DNA of 20,000 nt from Reclinomonas americana ATCC 50394 (taxonomy: Eukaryota). Below the pieces are notes generated by a model. It was not told the DNA's origin and ran no database searches. It saw only the letters and a list, made by a program, of their open reading frames with translations. This document shows, piece after piece, positions 1 to 10,621 of the stretch. A program made the translations under genes and the position numbers. Position 1 is the first letter of the stretch. Each line of letters opens with the position of its first letter. The stretch is taken from the NCBI GenBank assembly GCA_048213135.1, contig PS015032.1, forward strand, positions 200,986 through 220,985, given 5' to 3'.

Positions 1-83
1 GTGTTTGAGCATGACGTGAGTGAGCGAGTACACAAGAAGTTGGAAGACGAATTTGCTTCACTCACTCTTTGTTTGTCACGCAG

Positions 84-484
84 GTGCCGATGAAGTACCT
101 CTTCCAGGCGCTGGAGATTGACAACGTGCTGATGCTGCTGTATGCGATTCTGCTGGAGCAGAAAGTGGTGCTGCTGTCGTCGCGCCTGTCGCTGTTGACG
201 TACTGTGCCGAGGGTGCGCTCTCTCTTTTCAAATCCCTCCGCCCTCCCTCTCTCCCTCCCTCTCATCCCTCTTTCCCCACTCCGCAGCCGCTCTGGCCCT
301 GATCTTCCCCTTCCACTGGGAACACGTGTACATTCCCGTGCTGCCGCCGTTGCACGTCGACTTTCTCACGGCACCTGTGCCGTATTTGATGGGGTTGCCG
401 GTGGACAACTTTTCGATGGACATGATGCCGGCGGAGGTGGTGTGGGTGGATTTGGATCGGAATATTGTGCATTTTCCGCCGGAG
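84..484 (+). other. cDENN core exons (84-213, 288-484)
   Basis: Acceptor cacgcag|84, donor 213|gtgcgc, acceptor ccgcag|288, donor 484|gtgtgt. The join gives ..CAEAALALIFPFHWEHVYIPVLP.., the typical cDENN signature. Confidence 0.92.
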
Positions 485-2672
485 GTGTGTGAGGGAGAGA
501 TGGGGGGAAGGGGGAAGGGAGGGGGAGAAGGGTGATAAAGGGAAGGTGAAAGAGAGAAAGGGGTGAGCAGGGAGAAGGGAGGGGAAGGGCGATAGAGGGA
601 AAGGGGAAAGGGAAGCGCGAAGGGAAAGGGGAGGAGGGGCAGTTGTCTTTGTGCACGATGAGTCGTGGTAGAGTCGGTGAGTGTAGAACGAAGAGAGCAA
701 AATTGAGAGAGGGGTGGAAACCGGATATATGTTTGTTAGGAGAGCATGTAGAACGGAAACATGAAGAGCTGCTCTCTTTCGTGATGGAGTAGGACGAGCA
801 GCTGTTGGTGCGAGAATGGCATATGTTGAGACAGTGAAGCTGCAACGGCGAGTGCGATGAGCTGCACGTGGTTGTTGTTGTGTGTGTTTCTTCGTGTGCG
901 TGGGTGCGAGCGTGTATGTGTGTGAGAGTGAGTGTGAGATGGACAGTGCGATATCTTTCTATGCTTGAGTTGGAAAGTCGCGGAGACAAGAGATGCCGAG
1001 AGCGGTGATTGCACTGAGATGTAACGTGTTAAACGAAGAGAGAGTGTATGTCACTACGCAAGAGAGACGATTTCAGTTGATTTTTCACGTCTCAGTCCTC
1101 GCTCTCTGTCTCTCTCTCTCTCTCTCACGCACGAAGATGCGCGAAACAGAGGGAAAGGCAAGCGAGTTAGTTTGTAAGTGAGAGAAGTGAGGACGGTAAG
1201 CCAGAGAGGAGGAGAGGTGAGGGGTTGCAGTTGAAATGAGCACGAGATAGAAAGCGAACGGGAGATTTTAGGGGAAAGAGAGATCTTTCGTTCATCCTTT
1301 CCTCGGCCTCTCCCTTCCACTTCCCCGCCCTTCTTCTCCCTCTCCCGTCTCCTTCATCTCTCTCGTCTCAGTCCCCCACATCACTTCCATTCTCTTTCTT
1401 TCTTGCAATCATTTCGACTGCACCCTTTCGCCTCTCCTTCTCTCTGAATCGGCGTCCTCACATCTTCTCTCTCTTACCTTCTTCCTCCCTCTCTCTTCTC
1501 CTTCCCCACCCTACCCCTATCCCTTCCCCTTCCCTTTCCTCCTTCGTCCCTTTCCTAACATCCCTTCCCTCCTTTCTCAGTTCGACTACGGCGGCTTCCC
1601 CGAAAAACCCCGCTCGAAACTCCTCAAGCGCCTCCGCGAGGTGGTGCCGGCCTTCGAGCCCGATCACCCCGACCTCATGCTGGCCGACTCGGCATTTTAC
1701 GTGCCCCTCCCGCCGATGGACATGATCGATTCGCCGCCCGTGCAAGGCTCCGGCGGCGGCGGCTCGCACGGCAAGAGCGCTCCGCGTCGCCCGCGCGAGT
1801 TTGATCAGCAGGAGACGCGCGAGGCGTTCCTGCGCTTCTACGTCGGCATCTTCCAGCGCTACCGCAATCACATGATGCGCGAGGAGGACATTAAGACGCC
1901 GATGGAGCCGGATCAGGTGTTTCGGACGCAGCCGTTTATTCGGGATGCGACGGATCCGGCGGGGAGGGTGAGTGTGCGGGAAAAGGAGAAGGATCAGAGA
2001 GGGTGGCGTGCTGATTGTTTTTGTGGGGGGTGCAGAAATTCCTGTCGCGCTTTGTGGAGACGCAGTTGTGGATGCGGTTCCTGCAGGATCGCATCGATCG
2101 GGCGGTGCGGATACATCAGTCGCATTTGAATCAGGCGATGTATGATGTGTCGGCGAGGTAAGATATGAAGGGGAAGGAGAAGGGGAAGTGGAAGGGGAAG
2201 GGGGGCGGAGGGGAAGGGGTTNNNNNNNNNNNNNNNNNNNNGAGAGAGAGAGAGAGAGAGAGAGACGACGACGACACGACGACGACGACGAAGGGAGAGA
2301 AGCAACATGTGCGAATGGAAAAACGAGAAACGTGGAGAACAGTGTGCGCGAACGAGCGTGAATAACCCACCGAGAATAGAGAGGCACACACGTGGCGAGA
2401 GGGGCAGAGAGAGAGAGAGAGAGAGAGTTCAGGAAACGACAACGCAAACATGGCGAGAGAACGATCGAGAGGGGCAGAGCAATTGTGCATAGGAAATAAC
2501 GACGACGTCAGAGAAAGACTCTGATTTCTCAATCGCTGAATGCAGTCGATCTTCAGCCTCACGCGACGAGAAAGAGCTGATCCACTCGTCAACAAACCGA
2601 CGATGCGCCAAGGAGAGGAGAACACATTGAAACAAACAAATATTGACAAGAATGAGCACACACACACACACA

Positions 2673-2705
<33 letters not shown>

Positions 2706-3276
2706 CAAGAACTGTGATACGACAGAAGAAACAGACAGACGAGACAAAGACCAATGGAGACAGTCAAACAACAATATACAGAGAGACACAGGGCAGCGAC
2801 TGTGTCGCAGGGCATGGCAAAAAGGGGACACCGAAAAAAGACGAACTGCTACACTTTCCCCCTCTCCACCTTTCCACTCTCTTCCCCTCACGCCCCATTC
2901 TCCAACACCCTTGACCCTTGACAAAGGAACAGAGAGAGAGAGAGAGAGACATACACCATTGAGAGGACGAAGACAACAAGCAAATCTGCAGAAAGATAGA
3001 GCAGCGACCGAGCCGCCAGACCGAAAAAGGGAAAAGAACCAGAAACACACCCATGAGAGAAACATTGCCCTTCCCTTCCCCCTCATTGACCTTCCCCTTC
3101 CATCCCCTTCCCCTTCNNNNNNNNNNNNNNNNNNNNNNNNNNNNNNNNNNNNNNNNNNNNNNNNNNNNNNNNNNNNNNNNNNNNNNNNNNNNNNNNNNNN
3201 NNNNNNNNNNNNNNNNNNNNNNNNNNNNNNNNNNNNNNNNNNNNNNNNTCTCTCGCTTGTCTGCTTGCCTGTCTGT

Positions 3277-3345
<69 letters not shown>

Positions 3346-4156
3346 TTCTCTGTCTGTCTGTCTGGTCTCCCTGTGCGTGTGTGTCTCTCTTTCTCTCTGT
3401 GTGTGTCTGACTGTCTAGCATTGCTTCACTCTTCTCTTTACTCGTTCTGTGCTTGTTCTTCTACCTGTACGGAGCGCTGGCATCTTTGTTTTTCTCCCTT
3501 TCCCTCATCTTCCTTTCCTCCCTTACCCTCCCCGCTCACCATCGCTTCCCCCCATCGCAGATCATCACCCGACGGCGACAGCGAACCACACACGTCGTTT
3601 GCGGCGGCATTGACGCCAGAAGTTGCGCAATTTACACAACTATCTTTCGTCCCCGCTGCTAACGCGCCCGGCGCAGGATTACGAGATAATTTACTTTGAC
3701 GAGAGCATTGCGGCCAAGGAGAATCGCAGCCTGCTGAGACTATCCAAACGAGATACACCGTTTCTGCACGACCCCAGGTGCGTATCTACGCCGCACCCTT
3801 TGTCCTGGCCCGTTTGTTGACGTGCTGTGGGGTGAGCAGTTTTCGAATCAGCAAGACTGTCGTGTCGCCGTCACCAGATCCGTCGGGGCTGCCTCCAGGT
3901 TTGTACGATGTGCTCTTGCACACAACACGCAAAGAGAGGGACACAGACATACGCAGAGAGTCGCACACAGACAAGGTGACATTCACACAAAGCACGCTGA
4001 TGGCATTGCACACAGACACACGCAAACTTGACTTTGACAAACAACACTCTATGCTCACTCTCACTCTCTCACACAAGCACACATAGACTGAGAGAGAGAG
4101 AGAGAGACGCGTACACATGTTGAGCGAGATCGACTGAGGAAGAGAAAGAGAGGAGA

Positions 4157-4207
<51 letters not shown>

Positions 4208-4481
4208 CGCACACAAAGAAAACATAAATTATGCAGAGATAGAGATCGGCACACGTCGACACACGCGAGACAGGCAGACAGACAGAGAGATAGAGATAGA
4301 TAGAGAAAGAGAAAGAGCGTGACACCCCTCTTGCACTCTCACGCTCAGGCAAACTTACGTACGCACAAATGCAGAGAGTCACAGATGAGCACATCCACTC
4401 ACTGGCACAAAACGCGCGGGCACCTCAAATGCATTTGCACACAGACACATAAGGCCCTTGAGTTTGAGAAAACGACGCTCT

Positions 4482-4518
<37 letters not shown>

Positions 4519-7500
4519 NNNNNNNNNNNNNNNNNNNNNNNNNNNNNNNNNNNNNNNNNNNNNNNNNNNNNNNNNNNNNNNNNNNNNNNNNNNNNNNNNN
4601 NNNNNNNNNNNNNNNNNNNNNNNNNNNNNNNNNNNNNNNNNNNNNNNNNNNNNNNNNNNNNNNNNNNNNNNNNNNNNNNNNNNNNNNNNNNNNNNNNNNN
4701 NNNNNNNNNNNNNNNNNNNNNNNNNNNNNNNNNNNNNNNNNNNNNNNNNNNNNNNNNNNNNNNNNNNNNNNNNNNNNNNNNNNNNNNNNNNNNNNNNNAA
4801 AGCGAGCTAGTTTTCTGGTTTCTTTTCTCACCCTCTCGTTTCCTTTCCCTTCTCTTCCGTCACTCCCAGACTCCGTTTCCATGCTTCACACGCAGTTTTG
4901 TGATCCTCTCTCTCCCCCCTCGCACTCTCTTAATGTGTTTCCGAGAGAGAACCGGGGAACAGAAAGCGAGCTAGTTTTCTAGTTTCATTTCTCACCCTCT
5001 CTATTCCTTTCCCTTCTCTTCCGCTCTTTCTGTCACTCTGAGACTCCGTTTCCATCCTTCATGCGCAGTTTTGTGATCTTCTCTCTCTCCCTCGCTCTCT
5101 CTTAATGTGTTTTCGATTGAGAGAGAGAACTGGGGAAAAGAAGGCGAGCTAGTTTTCTGGTTTCATTTCTCACCCTCTCCATTCCTTTCCCCTTCTCTTC
5201 CGCTCTTTCGGTCACTCCCAGACTCCGTTTGCATCCTTCACACGCAGTTTTGTGATCCTCTCTCTCCCCCTCGCTCTCTCTTAATGTGTTTTCGATTGAG
5301 AGAGAGAGAGAGCCGGAAAAATGAGCGAGCACTTCATCGTTTCATTTCTCACCCTCTCTACCCCTTCTCCCTCCTCTAGGCTCTCAATCCCACCGCATCT
5401 ACTTCCACTTGGAGAACATTTGCCCGAAGTGCAATCACCCGCTCACGGACGAGCAAGTTCGTGAGGGCTGGACGTGGACGGCGCACGACTATTGCACGAC
5501 GTGTCCGAAGTGCAAGCAGCGCTTTGTCTCGCGATTCTTGGTGCGTGTTGAGGTGGGAGAGTGACTTTATTGTACCTGTACTCATTTCTTGTCCCGCAGG
5601 TGTATCTTGGTGGTCGACCAGGATCTCGCTCAGGTAGCACGTTATTCTTCTCGTTCCGCTCTTCTCCTTTCTTGTCTCACTCGCCCGCAGCCACGGCAGC
5701 GGCAGGACGCGCCTCACAAGAGACGCGATCGTCGAGTGAGCGACATTCGACGGATTCGTTGCGTCCTGTCGTCCTCCGCTCTTCCTCTGAGAACCTGTGT
5801 TGATGAATTTCGGGCGCAGGAGACGGCACTCGGGCAACTTTCGGTCGCCGGCGGAGAGGGTGCGAAGGACGTCGCCGGGAATCACGTGCGAGTACCTCAA
5901 CCCGATTCTGTTGAAGAAGGAGGTGGAGAATTTGTTGCGAAAGGTATGGGAAGCACGAGGGAGGCACAAGGGGAAGCAGAAGGGGAAGGGGGAGAAGGGG
6001 TTGAAGGGTGAAGGAGAAGGGAGAGAGATTGAGAGTGAGATTGTCTTTATTTTTGTTGATAGAGGGAGCTGACTCTCTCTCTCTCTCTCTCTGTAGATAT
6101 TTATGTGCGAGAGGGAGGACAGAATTCGAGAGCGTGAGATTGTGTTGTGATAGCTGTATGTGTGTATGTATGTATGTTAGGGGACAGAATTCAAGAGTAT
6201 CAGGTTGTCTGTGTGTTTGTCGATAGACAGGAGGATCCAAGTGCTGGATGATCTCTCTCTGTGCATGTGTGTGTGAGAGGGAGCCTGTTAGATCGTCTTT
6301 GTTTTGTCGATAGAGAGGAGGATCCAGTTGTCTCTAATTCTCTCACGTGTGCTCGCGTGTGTGTGAAAGACGGAGGGAGAATGATTGTCATTGCTTGTGT
6401 CGATAGAGAGGAGGATCCACTTGATGAATCGTCTGTCTCTCTATGTCTCTGTATGTGTGTATGTGTGAGAGGGAGGGACGGGATGAAAGAGATGAGAACT
6501 CTCTCTTTCTCTTTCTCCGTTGTTCAAGAGAGGGAGAATGGGAGATGGGAAATAGGTTGTCGTTGTTTGTGTCGACGAAGAGGCTTCACTTGCCGAATTG
6601 TCTCTCTCTTTCTGCTTTTCTCTCTCTCTCTTGCTCGTTCTCTGTTTCTCAATCTCCATGTACTGCATGTGTGTGTGTGTGTGCGTGTGTACGAGGCAGA
6701 ATAAAAGAGATGAGACCTGTAGGGTTGTCTTTGTTTGTGTCGATAAAGAGGCTTCATGCTATTTCTCTCTCTTTTGCTCGTTCTCTCTTTCTTTTTCTCC
6801 GTCTGCTGCATGTGTGTGCGAGAATGAGAGGGAGAATGAGAGAGATATGCGACCTGAGAATGTCTTTGTTGTGTCGACAAAGAGGATTCACTTGCAAAAT
6901 CGTCGCTCTGTTTCTCTCTCTCTTTTTCTTGTTCTCTCTTTCTCTATCTCAGTGTGCTGCACTTGTGCGAGGGAGAGGGAGATATGAGACCTGTGAGATT
7001 GTCTGTGTTGTGTCGATGAAAAGGCTTCAGTTGTCGAATCGTCTCTCTCTTTCTCTCGTTCTCTCTTTCTCCTTCTCCGTGTGTTGCATGTGTGTGCGAG
7101 TGCGAGGGAGAATGAGAGATATGCGACCTGTGAGAATGTCTTTGCTGTGTCGACAAAGAGGATTCACTTGCAAATTCGTCTCTCTGTTTCTCTCTCTCTC
7201 TTGCTCGTTTTCTCTTTCTCTATCTCAGTGTGCTGCACGTGTGTGTGCGTGCGAGTGAGAGGGAGAGTGAGAGATAATACGTGATAGATTGTCTTAGTTT
7301 GTGTCCATTGACAGGAGGATTCATTTGCATATCGTCTCTCTCTCTCTCTCTTTCTCCTCCCCCTCCCCCTCCCCCTCCCNNNNNNNNNNNNNNNNNNNNN
7401 NNNNNNNNNNNNNNNNNNNNNNNNNNNNNNNNNNNNNNNNNNNNNNCAGTCCGTCGGCCGCCGCGGCCGCCACGGTGGCTGCCGGCAGTGGTAGTGGGAG

Positions 7501-8245
7501 TGGTGGTAGTGGCAGTGGGTTGCAGGTGCCGCCGGTCGAGGTCGGGGTGTCGCCATTGTCGCCGACGTCGTCGGCGTCGTCGGCCGCGAGTACCGTGCAC
7601 ACATTACCGGGGGCGGGGACGGTGGTGCGCGGGGATGGGGAGGGTGGTGGCGAGGAGGAGGAGGATGGCGATGAGGATGGGCATAAGGTGGGATTGGCGG
7701 GTGGGTCGAGGAGTGATTCGGGGGTGCGGTCGATGAGAGTTGCGTAAGGGAAGGGTGGTGAGGGGGAAGGGAAATGTGCTTTCCTTCCACAACTATATCT
7801 GTTAGGAGTGTGTTTTCGATGTTGAGTTCTTTCGCTTATCTCGCTGCTCCCTTTCTTCTCGTGCAGATAACGCTCAAGCCTCGCGCACGCTCCACCGAGT
7901 CCGAGACCCTGCTGACGCCGTCGCCTCAGCAGCATGTGCCATTCTCCGATGGTATGTTTTTTTATTTCCGATGATTGATTTGCCCGCCCGCTCATCCTTC
8001 CCCCTCACACAGTGTGCGGCTACGACGAGGAAGACGACTTTGGCGACGCGGCTGCTGCTGCCATTCTCGGTGCTGCAGCTCCGGCCTCTTCGGCGGTGGC
8101 GTCGGCGGCATCGCAGCGGCACTTGGCGCCGGCGAGGCGAGATCCGGCGGCCTCATTACCGACGCCCGAGTCGGACTCGCTGTCGGATATTGACAGTACG
8201 CCACTGATGCTGACGGGTGGGGATGCGTCGGATGGACCGGGATAG
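84..8245 (+). CDS. DENN-domain protein (putative Rab GEF) with DENND4-like C-terminal Cys4 module; multi-exon, 5'-partial
   Basis: Phase-consistent GT-AG exons: 84-213, 288-484, 1581-1967, 2036-2157, 3561-3621, 3677-3777, 3840-3898, 5380-5540, 5600-5633, 5691-5735, about 5792/5820-5943, (start in gap, <=7448)-7738, 7867-7951, 8013-8245 (TAG). Spliced translation contains cDENN motifs (AILLEQKVVLLSSRLSLLTYCAEAALALIFPFHWEHVYIPVLPP..DFLTAPVPYLMG..VVWVDLD), dDENN motifs (REAFLRFYVGIFQRYR; KFLSRFVETQLWMRFLQDR; YFDESIAAKENRS..KRDTPFL) and CPKC..DEQVREGW..TTCPKC plus EYLNPILLKKEVENLL. Splicing at 5600-5820 is uncertain and exons may be hidden in N gaps. Confidence 0.88.
1581..2157 (+). other. dDENN-containing exons (1581-1967, 2036-2157)
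   Basis: Acceptor tctcag|1581, donor 1967|gtgagt, acceptor tgcag|2036, donor 2157|gtaaga. Contains FLRFYVGIFQRYR and FLSRFVETQLWMRFLQDR. Confidence 0.88.
2658..2704. repeat. (CA)n microsatellite, intronic
   Basis: Read directly from the sequence. Confidence 0.95.
3278..3338. repeat. (CTGT)n microsatellite, intronic
   Basis: Read directly from the sequence. Confidence 0.95.
4160..4203. repeat. (GA)n microsatellite, intronic
   Basis: Read directly from the sequence. Confidence 0.95.
4799..5360. repeat. Intronic tandem repeat, unit about 164-181 bp, 3 copies plus a partial fourth
   Basis: gcgagctagttttct(g/a)gtttc(a/t)tttctcaccctctc...agactccgttt...cgcagttttgtgatc...cttaatgtgttt recurs with gcgag at 4802, 4966, 5144 and degenerately at 5325. 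Confidence 0.9.
5380..5943 (+). other. DENND4-like C-terminal module: CxxC-x25-CxxC putative Zn ribbon and YLNP..KEVENLL helix
   Basis: Exon 5380-5540 (not in the ORF track) reads HRIYFHLENICPKCNHPLTDEQVREGWTWTAHDYCTTCPKCKQRFVSRFL. The exon ending at 5943 reads CEYLNPILLKKEVENLLRK. Both match, from my recollection, the C-terminal motifs of DENND4 proteins (C..C...DEEIMAGW....TTCPFC and YLSPLV..KELESLL). Confidence 0.8.
6050..7350. repeat. Intronic degenerate tandem array (about 9 units, 88-172 bp) with core (gt)gtcgaYa(g/a)agagg(a/c)ttca
   Basis: Core at about 6220, 6308, 6400, 6572, 6740, 6874, 7013, 7150, 7304, separated by CT-, TG- and GA-microsatellite-like segments. The units at 6874 and 7150 are near-identical. 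Confidence 0.85.
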
Positions 8246-8579
8246 AGGGATTTGTGAACAGGGGTTTTTTTAATGTAAGCGGAGAAAGAGGGAAACGGGG
8301 GAAAGGGAGCTTGTCGTGTCTTGTTTTGACAGGATTCAATTGAAATCCGGCAAAGACGTCTTGAAGCAGTTCTCTCTTCTCAGAAGTGCACCCTGCGGTC
8401 GGAGAAGAGGAGCTAGTGCAGAGAGTGTCAGGCTGCGTTGAAAGACATCGATTTTGAAGGCACGGACAACATCAAGCCTGTCATTGTCAGAAGGACATCA
8501 AGANNNNNNNNNNNNNNNNNNNNGAGAGAGAGAGAGAATGAGATGCTTGTGCTCACCATGTTGCTGTCCAGAGCATAGC

Positions 8580-10621
8580 ATGGGCAGCAGCAACAGCCGT
8601 GACAACATTGTCATCAAAAGCGGCAAACCGAGCAACATGGGTTCATCCCTTTGCGGTCACGCGGACGTACGGCGCACCGATGTGCCTATCGGCGATAGTA
8701 GGCGACCAACAAACGCTCACATGGCGAATAGCGGGCCGAGGGTCGTGCAGAGTGGATATGGAGGAGTTGCTGATCTCCCCGCAAGTATGAATCATGCGGT
8801 TGAGGAACTGGAAGGCGACTGTGCGAAAGCCATCCCACGCGACGGTCGGAGCGTTAGACAGCAGTTGCAGACCACGCCGACACTGGTCCAACAGGATAAC
8901 AGAACACAATGCACTGCGCCGCCGCAGACGAGCGAGGCCACTGGAGGTCAAGCAGGATCGGGTGATCGAACAGATGAAGCGCCGGACTCAGCTGCTGCAG
9001 ATCTTCTGGTGGCAGAAAACATGCAGCTGCGGCAGGTGGTGGATCAACTGAGGGCTGAACTGGACAAGGTCACCGCTCGTGCGACTCTCGATGCCGCGGG
9101 CTACGAGGAAGCAAAAGCAAGCAAGGACCGGGCATATAGGAACCTGCAAGCCAATTGCGACACTCGAATTCGCGCGCTGGAGCTCCACAACGCTCAACTT
9201 ACCCGACGAGTCGAGGGCAGCATGTCAGAGGCCTGCACTGACGCAGCAGCAATCCAGGAGTGGAGGAATTTGATTCTCCGATCTGAAGAGGAAGTGCAGG
9301 CTCAGAAGGCAGAATTCGAGGCTCGAATTCGCAAGCTGGAGCAGCAGAACGCTCAACTCATCCAACGAGTTGAGGGTGGCATGACGGAGGACTACGCCGA
9401 CGCAGCAACAATCCAGGAGTGGAGGAATTTGATTCGCCGATTGGAGGAGGAACTGCGACAGCAGAAGGCAGATTACGACGGTCGGATTCGCACGGTGCAG
9501 CGCAAGTACGAGGATCTTGTCCAGCTTGTGAAGGGCGGCATTGCCGGCGTTAAGGAGAAGGTGGTAGATATGAAGGACGACTGTGACACTGCGCTCGAGC
9601 AAGTAACAGACGACGTCACCATCTCCACCGTCGACAGCGTTACATCGCCACCAGCCGTGGGCGGATCGTCGTCTGTCGTGTTCATCAATCCACTGGCTGC
9701 GCCCGACAACGCCGACGGACGACTGGTGTTCTCGGATCCGAGTCCACTGCGACCACTTCGGCCTCCGGTGCCCGTCACCAACGTCTCCGTGCTGCTGCTT
9801 TCCACCGCCGCGGCCCCACCGTCGCAACCACAGCAGCGTCGACAAGACGAGTCGCTCGTCACCATGGTGCACCACGCGCTGACGCCCGTGGTCGGCGCAT
9901 ACGGACAGCGCGAGCGGCCAATGTTGCGCGTCAGCATTACCTGTATCTCCGACGCCTCGCAAGTCGTTGACGCCCATGACGAGCGCCATCACTGCATTGT
10001 GGTGTGCCACCCGATGGAGACGCGCGTACATCCGGCCGACATTCGGGAGGCTGCGCAACGGCGGGGAGGTGAGCACTTCTTCCAGGATGAAGGCGTTTTC
10101 GACAGCTGAGTTTGACTCCTCCTCGTCGCAGTCAACACCGACGACCCTCGCGTGGTTGTCTTGCTGGTGCTGCCGAGCAACGGCACGGAGGATTTGGTGA
10201 GCATGGCGTCGAGCATGCGTTACGGGGTGACCAAGACGAGCACGGAGGATCCGGTGGAGTTGGAGCGGCAGGCGGTGCGCTTTGACGATCGATTCGGGTT
10301 TGTGCATGTGGAGAAGAACCAGCGGACGGGCGAGAGAGTTGCGTGGGAAAAGGGGGCGGAGGAGAAAGGAGGAGGAAAGGTGCTGACAAGTGGTGGTGGT
10401 GGTGGTGGCAGGCGATTGGGAACACGGGGAAGAAGGAGCTGGGCGAGTTTTGTGGGCAGTGTTTGGTGCCGGTGTGCAAGCAGGCGTTGCAGGGGGTGGT
10501 GGAGAGGGTGGAGGAGGAGGTGGTGGTGGTGGCGAGTGGGTCGGGAGGTGGGCTGGAGGGGGATCCGGAGAGAGCGGAGGATCGGGATTTGGAGGCAGGG
10601 AGGATGGCGTTGTCGCAGTGA
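8580..10621 (+). CDS. Gene A: coiled-coil protein (about 634 aa) with N-terminal MGSSNS myristoylation-type motif, 53-aa repeats and the C-terminal alpha/beta domain shared with B and C
   Basis: Exons 8580-10068, 10132-10337, 10412-10621 (1905 nt, ends TGA). Donors gtgagc and gttgcg, acceptors cgcag and ggcag. The phase-1 intron before VNTDDPRVVVLLV is at the same position as the introns before VDFSDGRSVLLFLV (B) and VDLLDGRSVLVIL (C). The start codon is inferred; an upstream acceptor at 8571 lies near a gap. Confidence 0.75.
9150..9540 (+). repeat. Coding tandem repeat, 159 nt / 53 aa, about 2.5 copies, in the gene A coiled coil
   Basis: cg(a/g)attcgc (RIR) at 9165, 9324, 9483; atccaggagtggaggaatttgattc (IQEWRNLI) at 9252 and 9411. 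Confidence 0.93.

Noticed and set aside
2131-4982. ORFs rich in SLSL, RERE, HTHT or CVCV, or spanning N runs (also 6261-7258 and 10859-11937)
   Set aside because: They are translations of microsatellites and gaps inside introns.
6050-7350. CRISPR-like look (conserved core with variable spacers)
   Set aside because: The spacers are homologous low-complexity sequence, the cores are degenerate, there are no cas genes, and the array lies in a spliceosomal intron.
8216-8572. Possible in-frame splice fusing the DENN gene (8216|gtgggg) to gene A (acceptor 8571)
   Set aside because: The donor is weak, there is a natural stop at 8243-8245, and gene A has its own MGxxxS start. It cannot be fully excluded without cDNA.
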